Shown: positions 31,251-47,980, numbered from the stretch's first letter. The stretch is DNA of 64,000 bases from Eledone cirrhosa (GCA_964016885.1 OZ024740.1:89900001-89964000); one strand, 5' to 3'. The notes: generated by a model from the sequence alone, not told the origin. Numbers and translations: made by a program.

Positions 31251-31253
<3 letters not shown>
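30171..31253 (+). repeat. 3' pseudo-LTR including first 10 codons of the ORF
   Basis: Ends ATGCTTCAAGCAAACTTTAACACCCTCTTAT then (TA)n. Confidence 0.93.
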
Positions 31254-31289
<36 letters not shown>

Positions 31290-31421
31290 ATGTGTGTGTG
31301 TGTGTCTGTACATTTAATCTATCATCTTCTTTCTATCTAGTTGGAATATATATTGTTATGCTTTGGGAGGGTTATGTTGCCAAAAAATTCAGAAACGATA
31401 TATATATATATATATATATTT

Positions 31422-31555
<134 letters not shown>

Positions 31556-34500
31556 GTGTGTGTATACATATTAATCTGTCACCTTCTATCTATCTAACTA
31601 GCTTCTAATAACGATGGGTTTTCATATCATCAGGAGCGTTATCGCCCGAATAGCTAAGATTCACATGTGCAATCAGCTTTACAGTGTTAAAATGAATGTA
31701 TGAGTGTCATGGCTCATGTACAAGAGCAAACAGAGGCGGCATATAGAAGCGGCTTAATGGTAGCGATAGTCGTTAACATAATGACAAAGCTAAATTTTCT
31801 GGAGACGCATATATAGAGAACAATGGGATTATGTATCATATATAGATATAGTATTTATACAATTTTAATTTTAATCTAATTAAATGAACGATATTGTTTT
31901 ACCTTGTCTCTGCAAATCTTCCCAATGGGTGATATGATTTAACGTCTAGTGTCACGAACGTCTGTTCGCTAAAATTGTGCAAAAAACATTTTTCCACGCC
32001 GCAAAATACATTCTTATACGTTATATTGCCTAATATTTTCCGAGGCTTCTGCCGAATAATCTGGGCTTCTAGATAATTTCTAGATAAGAATCTTCAACAT
32101 TATCGGCCTAACTTAACATGTCCGTAATCACTATTACGCCGTCGAATAGTTTCTTCTCTTTTCTTTTACTTTAAATATTTTTATGGAAATTGTTTTGATT
32201 AGTATTTGTTCTTGTTGCCTCATATACAAAGATTTAAACATTTAGCTAGTTTGATGTCAAGGTGTAATCAATTTGCAGTTGAAATAATTCATAAATGCAA
32301 TGGCAAAATCTATTAAGTTAGTTTCATTCTATGCATACCCCATCTATGGAATTCTCTACCAGCTTCTTGCTTTTATTATAACTACAATTTATGAAAACTC
32401 AACAGCAACATTAACTGTCACTACTCTATTTAAATTTTGTTCACTTTTTCTTGCATTTTAGTCGCTATTTAGTCGCTGTATTTGTAAACAAATTTAGTCA
32501 ATCGCATAATGACTCTTATAAAAGAAACACATTATGTTTATACACGGTACACGTTATATGTAAGTTAAAACTTGTGTGTAATGGAAAAAATATTTCGCCT
32601 CTCTGCCCACGTCTTTCTTTCAAACATTCGTCACTTATCATAACTTTTCCAGCTTTCATCCCTCTTCAAAGTGATCGTTTAGAGACAATTATTATATTGA
32701 TTTTGGGGTGGGTAAAATATAGATTAATGGTGTCTATATTGTAGTTGAAAACATAAACATTCCCAAAACATGACAAAGTATCGATCAAAATGAACTCGGT
32801 ACTCACATTCTGACCGCTGATACCATGATCATATGTTGTCTACTTGAGACGTCGAAGTGTGTAGGTTGTTGTTAAAAGAAAAACTTGACACTAATTCATA
32901 GAATCTCCTTATCTATAAAGTATCGAGGCAGCCGAGTCATTTTAAAGTATCAAATTTGTATATTTTGCAGTTACCACGAACAGTATGACATAGTAAATAT
33001 AAATAAACAAATAATGCAAATTGGACATCACATGTCAAATCGTAAATTCGAAATAAATAAAAAATATCAAGCGTAAAAACAAATCAATAATACAGTTTCT
33101 CTTAGACATAATCCAATTCATTGCTTATTTATTCAATAAACCAATTCGCCTACAGAAAAAGCCACAGGACTTTGCTTTTAATAAGAATATTTCTAAATAT
33201 GAAATCAGCCATTCCATTGTAATCATGTTGGTTTATCAAATTGGAGGTAAGGAAAGCGGATATTTTAAGAGCAACATCCATTTTTTGATGACTTCTGTTG
33301 AACCTGGTGATGGACAGGTTGCATGGTCTTTTAGAAAATACACACTGAAATAAATTACGATCCGCAGTGTCATATGAACATCTGATTTCTAATATATACA
33401 AGCACGCTAAATAATTACAGATGATTATGTTGCGTGCAGTTAAAAGCTAATTCAAGTACGCGAATTAAGTAGTTGGGGTTAGTGAGATTAAAACCTGTCG
33501 TTGTCAACTCAAAATATTGCAAGTGAAGGAATGGGACCTCATGACCTCGCAGTTCTGTGTATCACTTTAGTTACTTGAATATCTAAAAATATTGAAAGCA
33601 ATAAATCGGATACGTTTAAAATAAACAATTTAAAGTTTGGCCTTGTATTCTACGCACATCTTAGGTTAATATACTGAATACAATTTACGGTTTCACTTCA
33701 GGTTTAGCAATCTGCATTCTAAATAAATTTTAGACATCATTTTTACTGTTTAGTCAACAAATGAAGACAATTAACATTAATGTTTCATGGCTTTGGAGAT
33801 TGGAGGAAAAAATGTACGAATATTAATCGACACATCAGTTCTGCCGGCAAATGTGCTACATATTGGACTCAGTTAAGACAACTAATAAGCAAATTCTGGT
33901 TTTAAACCGATTGTCGAATTCAGTGTATTCATCGTTATATCTACCAAGTATTCCGCACAACGTATTAGAGACATATAATGAATACACCATTTTCGCTCAA
34001 CAATAAAACTTTCATAATTTCAGGGGATGATACTAACTACAATAATTTCTTCAAAGCCTTTTGTGCTTAATAATCTAAATACTTTCAGATGATACATATA
34101 TTTAATATTTCAGGCAATACCTTTAAAGTCGAAGCTTTTATTACTCCCACTCTAAGTATATTCTAGATTAGAATTCCAAAGATTGCAATATCCATCACCT
34201 GTCTAAATAGAACATATTAAGCTGGCATGTAAATAAACCGTCTTCTGGTGACATTAAAAATATCACATATAAATTTGAAATTAGGAATGCATTCTATGCT
34301 AGCTCTTTATATAATGCTAGTTATATTAGCTTTTAAAATACATTTCGGTTTAGCATTCTAAACACAATTAAGTTTACAACTAAATTATTCAGTGATTTGT
34401 CTAGCAAACATCGTTTTAACGTAGCATTATAAATAAAACATTCATAGCTAATATTACAATATATTATTCTATAATTACGTTAGTCAAGTATTCTAAATAT

Positions 34501-34767
34501 AACAATTTAGATTACCATTTAAACTTTATGATGTAAGCTCCCACACTAAATGCATTTATTTTTTGTTATTTTATGTTAAAATACCAGCATTATAAAACAT
34601 TATGTTAAGCTAATATTGGGAATAGATTTTAGGAGAGCATTCCAATTCCAGGAATTTGGTTTAGTTTTCGATATTAGAATGTCACTATTTATGAAAGAAA
34701 TGGTCTAACATTCAAAATAAAAGAATATATATAAACACTCTTAATATCGGGCTGTATAGAAAATAAT

Positions 34768-34952
34768 TGTTTCAACTTTTGGCACAAGGCCAGCAATTAC
34801 CCAGTACATTACTGGTTCTTTATTTTATCGACCCCGTAAGGATGAAAGGCAAAGTTGAACTCGGAGGGATTTGAATTCAGAATGGAAAGGGCCGTAACTC
34901 TATACGCCAAAGCATGACGTCCTACCCTCTCCCGATACGGCCAATCCACCGC
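34768..34952 (-). mobile_element. tRNA-derived SINE with ~15-17-bp TSD
   Basis: (GC)TGTATAGAAAATAAT at 34751-34767 and 34951-34967 flanks the SINE body. Confidence 0.88.
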
Positions 34953-35688
34953 TGTATAGAAAATAATGAATGTTTAAGGCGACCTTTAAATTTGGATATT
35001 ACGCTAGCATCATCAATATATAATCCAGTATAGTACGATAAACGAGATTAAATGCAGCATTAAAATGCAACGTTATAATTGTATTTCATTGACAATGTTT
35101 AATCTGCTTTTCTGAACATTTGGCGAATAGCAGATTTACTAGAAACAGTCTGGTCCAGGCTATTTTTCCTCGAAGATAAGGTAGTTAGGTTAAATTAATA
35201 AGACACATGTAGATATAGTTCCATAAATGTAAAAGAAAATATGTTGTGCCCTCCTTTACCAGTTTTGTTCGATGAATATATTAAATAAATAATCAATTAA
35301 TCAGACCTGTATAGCAATTATGATTCTGAAGAGCAAATAGACAAAGATTCACCGAATTTTTCTTCAATATACAGACTGCAGAGATTCAATGATTGGTATG
35401 CACAGTTCAACTAAAGAACACTCTGGCCATTCAAGAGACTTCCTCCATGAAAGGAATCATTTCCCGAACTGAATGCTCCCACGGGAATGTTCGAGAAGAA
35501 GGATTATCACGTGGTATAACGGTCAACAGGAGGATAGTATAGGATGGACGGATGTAATCTAATATATTTTCAAGAGGCAGTCTCTTTCAGCCTAATTATT
35601 ACTCCACAATATATATAGTCTTATACATATATATATATAGAGAGAGAGACACATATACACATACACCACCCCTCTCCACACACACACA

Positions 35689-35760
<72 letters not shown>

Positions 35761-36192
35761 GTATAATAATTAAACACCTGCACATTTGAATGTTACAGAA
35801 ACAATTATCACACTACATCCAACATAAACTCATAATGTTAATACACAAACACCTTTGCCTGCTAGTTATGCTAGTAAACCTATGTTATTTTATGTGATAC
35901 CTTTGCCATGCAGTAATTATATATGCCTAGTACCATTGTTGTTTACTACATAACTGTCCTGTATATGCCTAACGCATTTGCACTCTCTATACTTCTTTAA
36001 TTATTATACTGTTCTCTTGTAATCTCTGTCACATGTATTCCATTCTGTGCCTCTTTAATTATTATAAAATTCTCTTGTAATCTCTGTCACATCCATTCCA
36101 CTCTACAAATATATTAACATCCATTAATATCCATGTATCTATATGATTGTTCAGTTGAATAGGAAGTTAAGTATATGTCCAAACATTGCTAG

Positions 36193-36238
36193 TGCCTCGA
36201 TGATTCCAAACGAAATTTGGAAGAAACGATTGTCAGCA
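36193..36238 (+). ncRNA. Hammerhead ribozyme motif at end of a PLE 3' fragment (~35790-36280)
   Basis: TGC-CTCGATGA-TTCCAAA[CGAAA]TTTGGAA-GAAAC-GATT-GTC-AGCA followed by a short tail and (TA)n. Confidence 0.7.
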
Positions 36239-36424
36239 ATAAAATGATTAGAATATAGTTTTGATTATTGTGTAATTTATTATATACATATATATATATA
36301 TATAATAAATCATGTCTATAGAATCAATCAGATATTAAAATATATACTATTTCTTCCTCTAATTAGCATAATTAACCATATACAAAATCAAATCTAGCAA
36401 GCTTTAAAAATAAATTTTATATAT

Positions 36425-36504
36425 ATTTATTAAAATAACAGATTAATGTTTAAGCAAAGAATCGCTGCTTTCACCCTTAACGGGAACTTCAAATTTATTA
36501 TTAT

Positions 36505-36508
<4 letters not shown>
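36425..36508. mobile_element. Minimal two-tailed insertion of the 12660-14625 family
   Basis: The inverted short tail plus HHR fragment is joined via shared CTTC to the terminal AAATTTATTATTATTAC of the long tail. Confidence 0.8.
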
Positions 36509-36547
<39 letters not shown>

Positions 36548-36549
<2 letters not shown>

Positions 36550-37268
36550 TTAAAACAGAAAACGAAAACAATAACAAAAGTGTGAGTACTGGCTGGGGGA
36601 CGACGTGTCGTGCATAAACCGTCATCAGAAGAAAAGTGGGAAGGAAGAGAGGTCCGAGGATGTGAGCAGTGGTGGAAATACATTAAAAGGCGGAGATGAA
36701 GGGAAAGAAAAAAATTATAAAGAGAATAACAAAATTTAAATGAAACAAGTGGTGAAAGGGTATGACGCGTGTGGGGTGGGGTGGAGGGAGGGAGAGAGGG
36801 AGAGGAAGATAGGGCGTACGCGCGGGGAGGGAGGAAGGTGGTGTGTGTGTATGTGTATGTGTGTGTGTATATGTGTGGATGTGAGTGTGTGAGTTTGGGG
36901 AGGCACGAGGTTCTATGTTCGGGTAATAGGAACAATAGTGTGTACATGGGGTGGGGTGTAAGTCAGAGTGTGTGTGTATGTGTGCGTGTGGAGGGGGAGG
37001 GGTCAGAGGGGTTTGGGAGAGGGTCGTGCGGATTCCGGAGGCCGAGTATGTGTATGTGAGGATACCCACGTGTGTGTGTGTTTAGTGTGGTGTAGATGTA
37101 TGCTTGCGCATGTGCGAAAATATTGTAAGTCTTTATGTGTGTTTGTTCCTGAATGTTGTCCCGCGGAGTATAGGAAGGGATGGTGAAAAATCCGAGCATA
37201 ACAGGGGGGATGTCTAGAGCGTGTGAGCAGTGGTGGAGAATCCGTAGATTATTGTGGAGGAAGTAGAG
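36548..37268 (-). mobile_element. PLE 3' region (CA/C-rich) with degenerate HHR near 36595-36630
   Basis: Composition resembles the pLTR of 26723-31253. Minus strand has CTGATGA-CGG...GACAC-GTC-GTC. TA-flanked. Confidence 0.5.
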
Positions 37269-37270
37269 AG

Positions 37271-37301
<31 letters not shown>

Positions 37302-37319
37302 ATATATATATATAATCGA

Positions 37320-38150
37320 ATAATGTACACCATTTTACCAGGGAGAAAAATACTGATACACCCCCACACACACACACACACATTCTCTCACACACACACA
37401 CATATATACACACACACACACACATACGCACGCGTACATTAACATACAAAGGGACTTATACACACACACACACGCACTTCTCCGTATAAGACAAAAGCTG
37501 AAAAATATCATTTGACATGCTAAAATACCCACCACCCCACTACTTACAGACACATTTCTACTGACCATCCCTGCTACCACGAAATACTCTGCTATATACA
37601 CACACACACACACACACACTTATCTTAATAGCCATTTGACACACATCCCTGCTAACCATTATCACAACACCGAACACCTTACTACTACTACTCACATACA
37701 CACACACACACAAACACACACATATTTGTTGTGAAAGAGTCATTTCTCAGTCTTGGCGCAAAATCAATTTTTTATTCACATTACCTCTACCGACCAATCA
37801 ACATTTTTTGACCACAATAATTTTTGCAAACACCAAGTAGCGCTGGAGCCACTTTTTTAACATAAAACCAGTCTGGCGCAAAATCAATGTTTTACATTCA
37901 CATGACCTCTACCGACAAATCAAAATTGTTTTGACCACAAGAATTTTTGCAACACCAAAGTAGCACTGAAGCCACTTTTTTAACATAAAAACAGGTAGCA
38001 TTCCCAAAACTAATCAGATCAGAGCAAACAACACGGACACTCTATCTCAAAATTATTTTTGAAAAGCATTTATAAATGCGCAACCGGTAAAAACTTAAAA
38101 ACTTAAAACCACAACTGAATACTAACCCATACAATTACTAATACTCTTTT
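37320..38150 (-). repeat. Dispersed repeat, unclassified (partner 3940-4590), with ~125-bp internal duplication
   Basis: GGCGCAAAATCAAT...CACTTTTTTAACATAAAA occurs twice (37755, 37876). Confidence 0.65.
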
Positions 38151-38210
38151 ATTCCTAATTAAAACATTTTTCAACTGTGAACAATTTGTCAGCATTTTCT
38201 ATTCCGTTTA

Positions 38211-38336
<126 letters not shown>

Positions 38337-38347
38337 GTATACATATA

Positions 38348-38426
<79 letters not shown>

Positions 38427-38484
38427 TATTAAGATAAATATGTATGTATTTATATATGTATGTATGTGTGTATGTATGTATATA

Positions 38485-38588
<104 letters not shown>

Positions 38589-38644
38589 CATACATATATA
38601 AATACATACATATACACACACAAGCATACATATATACATACATC

Positions 38645-39090
38645 TTCCTCATCATCATAATCATCATCATTATCATCATCATTATCATCATTCGGTTCGC
38701 TCCGCTGAAATAGACTCAACATTTGATCTCCACGTGGGTCTGTCGTTCATTGCCGTTGCCAAGTGCTGGATTTTAATACCAGAATCTCTGGAGTTGACAT
38801 CGGGATAGGAGAGCTTGCGCCCCCTGTTATTAGTGACTAATGGGGACACAGCCTCATAGGTGGCACGATGACATTGGCCAGCAAATCTTACTCTCCTTTT
38901 AGGTAAACGACAGATATGGTGGCGAGGCCGGCATATGCCTCGCTCAAAGTCAGATGTCAGCAGCTTATGTTCTGATTTGGATGAAAGCGTCAATATTTCG
39001 CTTTCATATAGCAACATTGGTTGAATTGTTACTTGGAAGAGTCTGATCTTAGTGTAGTTGGACAGATTTTAGCGCCAAACACGATCCCTC
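38645..39090 (-). pseudogene. RTE-like LINE 3' remnant with (GAT)n tail
   Basis: Remnants LLYESEILTL, RRVRFAGQCHR and AMNDRPTWR; (ATG)n at 38645-38690. Confidence 0.7.
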
Positions 39091-39120
39091 TTGTTGCAAG
39101 CTAACCATATATATATATAT

Positions 39121-39294
39121 AGAAGGAAATGTGGTAAGGAACCAGATGGACCATAACGCACCAATGTACTCAATACTTAGCGTAGTAGAGTGGGTAATAG
39201 GAACAAGTATGACCCCGACGGCAGAGCTCAAGCCGTTTCGACGCAATTAGCCGTCGAGACGGCTTGAGCTCTGCCGTCGGGGGTCATACTTGTT

Positions 39295-39298
<4 letters not shown>
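39121..39298. mobile_element. Fold-back PLE-end insertion (MVHLVPYH family), reverse orientation
   Basis: Hairpin 39197-39298 plus a long tail on the left; TA on both sides. Confidence 0.82.
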
Positions 39299-40463
<1,165 letters not shown>

Positions 40464-41636
40464 CATATATATATAAGTGTAGATGAATTCATTTAATATG
40501 AAACATTATTGCTTCTGCTACTTCAACTCATATGAATTCATTACTTATCTATAAACAATCAAACATATTTTACACCACACTAACAGACACATACATACAC
40601 TTAAACATTTTGTTTACTCACTGGTAATGTGAATAGCTATCCTACCGAGGTGGAATTGGCTTTAAATCCATATGTATCATTGGAAAATGCAAACCAGTTG
40701 TGTGAGTTTAGTGTAATCTTTACTTAGTGTGCCGGCATCTGATTTGTCCTAGTAAATCCTAATATAAAATTCCACATAGTCCTGCCGGGAGAAGTGCTCA
40801 AACAATAGTGAGAATATTAAAGTCTAACGGTTTTATTTTTTAATTAGTCCAATATGACATTTAGCTCCTATATTGGTATAGAATATCATACATTACTCAT
40901 TTTGTCGAGCCTCACATCTTTTAGCCGACAATAACTGCCCATGTTCACGAGCGATTAACGTATTTTTTATCAAAGGTTATATGAATGCATGTTCCCTTTT
41001 TGAGAAATAAATATAAATTATTACTAGTAGCATTGCCTTTAAATCTCAATAATATTATTATGAATTATTAGCATACAGGTAAGTTTCAAACAAATTCGAA
41101 AATTATGTATTTCGAATCTATTGAATTTTGGCGCGGTTCATGAGGTTTTATGATGAAAGTTTTTATAATTGGATCAGAATATCGAATTATTATAACATTA
41201 AATAAAACTCATAACATTTAAAACACTGTTTAATGAGATTATACGCGTAAAAAAAGATAATCAAAACAGCACACTTTTACTGATTTGGGTCGCACCTTGT
41301 CATATATCTGGTGGAATGCTTTGAAATTGATGTAGCCGGAGATATCAAATAGTATTTCTGGTGCCTAACTGGTGAACCAGCCACCCATATATCATTCATA
41401 CTCAGACGGTGGTTTTCAAAATAGACATATATAAACATATTTAATCTGCGAGACGTTGACAATTATAACTTACATGGACAAAAGTGTTTAAAAGGCAACA
41501 TCATTTTTACACAATTCTTGCAGTGCATTTCAGGCGAGATTTATGTCTCAATCATTTCACCGCATTTACCAATTAATAAATATTTGACGTCATCAATTTA
41601 TTGAAAGGAAATTTTGGAATAAATCAATACGTCCGA

Positions 41637-41816
<180 letters not shown>

Positions 41817-41831
41817 TATATATATATATAT

Positions 41832-43400
41832 ATTGTTATACTTTGGGAGTGTCATGTTGTCAATAAGAAACACACGCACCAGCTGCTTTCACTTCAATTT
41901 ATTATAATACATTTATAAATTTAGGAATTTATAAATTTCCGGTTGGTTGGTTCCACAACCAGATGATTGTTTATATATAGTCAAAGTTCCTTCGTCACAC
42001 ATTCTGTGACCTCTTCAGAGACTGGGGATTCTTTTCTTTGTTTTTGTGCCTCTCCTTTCTTCTGTCCTACGTCATCTTGTTTTTGTGTGTGTGTTGTGTG
42101 CTTAGTTTGCGCATGTGTTACATCCAGGTGTCTGTGTGTGTTTATATTCGTTTATTTATTTGTTTATTTACATGTTACTGGTTGGTTGTTTGTTATATGT
42201 GCGTGTGTGTTTTCATTTTGTCCATAATTGTAAGTTGTGATGTTGCTGTTCCACTCATGTTTTCTATTTAATTTGGTTGGAGTTCATTCATGTTTATTGC
42301 CTCTGTGATTCGTCTAAACATTGCGTCTTTTCTGTGTGTAGATTCTATTTTTATTTCTATGTTCTCTAATGTACCCTTATGTTCTATTTTAGCATGTTGG
42401 TAGAGTACAGATGATTCTTTAATATCTTGAAGGCCTCGTCAGTGTTCATTTATCCGTTCCTCTATACTACGAGCTGTCTCACCTATGTACACTATATTTT
42501 TATCTCTACATTGTCCTTCAGTACATCATATGCTATATACTACATTTCTAGTTTTACAGTTAATATGGTGGCTTACTTTACAGATTATACATGTCTTATC
42601 TATACAGGGAGGTCTTTGAAAAGGGTATGTATTGCTAATACGTGTTTTTATGGAGGTACCTGGTCTTTCTACTATCTTAATATTGAGTTTATGTTTATCT
42701 AGGGCCCTTCTAAACGTGTAAGCTAATTCACCTCTAGGGGTTGTATCGATGAACATTACAGTCTGGTATTTATTGCTATAATACCATGAGTTTATTCTAT
42801 TATTCTTATTCCTAGTTCTTTCTATTCTATTCCAAAATTTGCTCATATACAAGGGGCAGGTCCCATTTGTGTCATTATTTATCATTTTTTTCCCATTTGG
42901 TTATGGCTCCTCTATATACCCTGATTTATCTCTCTGATTGTAACCAGAGAACTGCATACTGTGGATGAAGTGTTGTATATGTCTCTCTAGTACTTCGGGG
43001 TTGCATATGTGGGACACGTTTCTCATCACCCGTACCAAATCCGCAATCAGTATGTTGATTTTGGTATGGTCCGAAACAGCTGAGTTTCGGTGTATCAGAT
43101 ATTTGGAAGTCATGGGTTTGTCATAATGGGAATTGAGGATTGTTTTTTGTTATTAATGGTATCTAACCAGAGCTCTGTGTCTAGTACAGCTAATCGATGG
43201 TTGGGGTGCTTGCTTGGGTAGTCTATAGTAACTCTAATACTCTGCTTGATGGAGTTAGCTATTTGCTGGATGCTTTCCTTGTGTTTTTCTCTAATTCCTG
43301 ACTGTTCTCTAGTGGGAGTGTTTTAACTACGACGTTTATATCATCAACATAGCGGGAGTACATTATCAGGTTTAAGGGGTCTCCTAATTGTTCTTTAAGT
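41832..43400 (-). mobile_element. 5'-truncated PLE (Naiad-like by recalled motifs), pseudogenised
   Basis: RYVDD remnant near 43340, KPMTSKYLIHRNSA, FIDTTPRGELA, KIVERPG, CIDKTCIIC..C, NVVY..CTEGQC..YIGETARS..ERINEH and LNRKHEW. HHR at 41979-42023; tail MTLPKYNN at (TA)n. Confidence 0.88.
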
Positions 43401-43884
43401 TTAAGTTAAGTCTACTGTCCCACCATACCATGAATAAGTTAACTATGACGCCTGAAATGCTAACACTAATGGCTGCTCTTGGGCATGAAAGAAGAAAGAC
43501 GAAGCAGAACACAGATGAATTTTCGATGTCACTGTCAATTATCATCGTAAAGCATGTAGTTCGTTATTAAGCAGCAATCGAGGGGATGAAACATCAATAG
43601 AGTGACTAATGGAAATTAATTCATCTGTTCATTTTGAAAATTATGCCTCGCACCTTTATTTATGTATCTATAATCATGCTCACATACCATTCTACATAGC
43701 TTGTGATTGAATCTGCGTTTGCCAAACACCAAATCTTTGAATATGGTAATGTTAATTAATATTTACATTATTTTTTTATCAATCGTTAACTGAAAATGTT
43801 GTAGAAGCTGAAGATATTATGTTTCTGTAGTCACATTCTTAGAATGATAATATATAACAATATAATATATAATATATAATATAT

Positions 43885-44058
<174 letters not shown>

Positions 44059-44916
44059 ACACATGTTGAAGCACTACCACATGTTATGTATCAATGCATT
44101 GTATTTTGAATAGTATAGAAGGGAAATATATTTTAATGTTGTATAGGAAACCGTAAACCATCGGAGATTATCGTAACATAGAATGATAATCAGATTCTCA
44201 ACAGGTTACTCGTTAACAAAAATAAGGCAATGATTCAAATGAATCGTCAGAGGCAGATGATAAATGCAATTGTGATGTTGAATAGAACTCATTACCTGTA
44301 TCAATAAATACACATGCAATGAATTTGATGGTACTCGTAAACTATTTGCCAAGTAAATTCCACTTCCATGTTATTTTAAGATACATTCGTATGAATTCTA
44401 TTCTACGCAAATAAAAAGGAAAGCAATTGAAACTACAGGCAATATTTGCTTTCGATCTTACGTGCAGTAGTTATTTGGAAAATGAGTCAATAATTAAATA
44501 AAGTTATTACAAGCTTTGCTAATCTTTACGAGACGAAATTAGAGTTGTTTTCAAATGTCTAACATATTAGAATATCCATGGTAATTTCTTTTGTCAATAT
44601 TTTATATATTATTATATTGCCCGCTAACACGTCGGTATGTTGACCTTTTAACAATAAACATACTCGAACATGAAAGCAACATTCTATTTGTTCAAACTGA
44701 TACGATGCACTAAAGCTTACGTTCAGTTAGGTATAGGAGATCCGTATGTGATATGAATTTGTAAATAATTTTCTGGCACTTATTATTTTCTAACAAGTAA
44801 CACATAACTTCCAATTAGTAAGAAACATATAACGCTCATTGAAAAGTATCACTTCCTTATAAGCTACAAATATCCCAGTAGATGATTCGAATATGCATAT
44901 ATATATATATATATAT

Positions 44917-46152
<1,236 letters not shown>

Positions 46153-46221
46153 TATATGCGTATATATATAACGGTATATATACATGTATGTATCTGTGTC
46201 TGTATATATGTATATATATGC

Positions 46222-46269
<48 letters not shown>

Positions 46270-46288
46270 TAGTAGTAGTATATATATA

Positions 46289-47090
46289 TACTAGCAGCAG
46301 TACCCAGCTTTGCCTGGGTAGGTAAAATAATATCTGCTTTGATGAAAAGGTGTTGATCTTAGCGACTGCTTCTCGATGACTCATCTATGGCCATACACAG
46401 GCCATACGGGGAGGGTGGTGATGACTTCTATCACTGAGAAAGGCGGGTGTCTGACGAAGGGGCATGCTGGAGGACCTCTAACACTAAGTCAAATTTCCTC
46501 ACGCTACTTGATTGGAAACCGATGAATTCTCAAATACACAACTAAAAGGTCAGACGACATCAGTGGCCAACGTTTTGCCTTTGACAATCTAGAAGATGTG
46601 CAATGATAGGTTATATTGTAGTATAAAAGTTGAACGAAATCGGTTAAAAAATATGGGAGCTAGAGCCGAAAAGGCGGAAATTTGAGCGTAAAGGTGGTAT
46701 TTTCGAATATATAATCGGCTGCCACGCCGTTCCTGAACAAAGTATTAAGCCATTACACGATGTGCAATGATAAATTCTATTTTGCTTTAAAATTTGAACG
46801 AAATCGGTGGCAAAATGTGGGAGCTAGAGCCAAAAGTTTTATTTATCGATACAAAAAAAAAGGTGACCCTTATCGATTTCTATCTGCAGAATGACCCCTG
46901 AATAAAGAAAATACGCTGATAAATAGAAAACACTACCCGATGACTAATCTATAAGCCTGTAAAGATTCATGAAAATCGGTCGTAAGGTGTAGGCCTCTAT
47001 AGGTAATACACATACCCCCCCCCCTCCCCCCATACACACATACACGCACATACACACACACGCATACTTAATTGTATATATATACAGATA
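46289..47090 (+). mobile_element. Non-autonomous Helentron/Helitron-associated element (DINE-1/HINE-like)
   Basis: 5' ACTAGC..ACCCAG[CTTTGC]CTGGGT hairpin, repeated TTGAACGAAATCGG blocks, and 3' CATGAAAATCGG followed by a (CA)-rich tract and TA. Confidence 0.55.
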
Positions 47091-47179
47091 TATATATATA
47101 TTACGGGCTGAGCATCCGCTAAGGTGAAACTATTGTTCTCGGTATGGTGAACTAACTGTTGTGTAACCACTTCTATATA

Positions 47180-47980
47180 TATAAAGCTAATAAATGAAAC
47201 AAACAAAACACATCAAGCAACATTACAGAGTTACATTAAGTTCACGCTTGAAAAGTTCTATACCTGCCACATCTATCATGTAGTCCAGTAACATTTGTTT
47301 CATCGTAGGAGGACCGGCGACTGAACCGGCGGACCCAGCAAAGCTGGTCTGGTGAGGAGGGAAAGTGGAAACCTAGCAGCGCAAAAACAAGTGTTCTCAA
47401 AAGGCGGTTGAACTCCGCAGCGTCGACAGTCATCCACTACCAATATGGTTTAAACAGCTTCACCAACCTGCGATAGGACAAGTGTGGTGTGTACAGCTCC
47501 ACCCTCTGGAGATTTCAAACATTATTCCAATAACACATGTGTTCCTCGTAACTGTCCTGTTATCTTGATTAGGCCTGTCACTAGAGACATAGCTATGGGA
47601 ATTAATTAGGTGCTATATGTGTAGCACAAGCATGTATCATTATCATGTTTATGAGCAGATATTTCTTCGCAAGTCTCACAGCAGTGGAGGAATGTCTACG
47701 TGTGAAAATTTGACCGGTTCGAAGAACATAGGCACAAATGTATACTTGGGCTGCTCGAGTCTTATTCTGACGCCCTTCAATGCAATTTTAACGGGAATAG
47801 AAACACATCTGAGCAGGTCTTTTTGTGGGGGGTGGGTCGTATTGTTAACACGTACGGTCAGGGTCTATAAATAATGAACTAAACAAATCCTGCTCAGTTA
47901 TCAGCCTGCAGTTGATGTTGGTACATAAGGTCAAGGAATTCGTCGAAGAGAAGCCCGTTATCTTTAAACAAGTAGCAGTT
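47180..47980 (-). pseudogene. Degenerate CR1/L2-like LINE 3' remnant
   Basis: Weak minus-strand motifs (TL.R..LQY, RLLRTL) and a TTTG-type tail near 47200. Confidence 0.4.

Larger units (their letters stand above)
26723..31253 (+). mobile_element. Young, apparently intact Penelope-like retrotransposon in partial-tandem form
   Basis: Direct repeats 26723-27801 and 30171-31253 (two substitutions and two CA indels seen by eye) bracket an uninterrupted RT-GIY-YIG ORF. Both ends join (TA)n. Confidence 0.95.

Noticed and set aside
26723-31253. LTR retrotransposon interpretation of the long direct repeats
   Set aside because: There is no gag, protease, RNase H or integrase, and no TG..CA ends or PBS. 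The repeat includes coding sequence and the protein is RT plus GIY-YIG.
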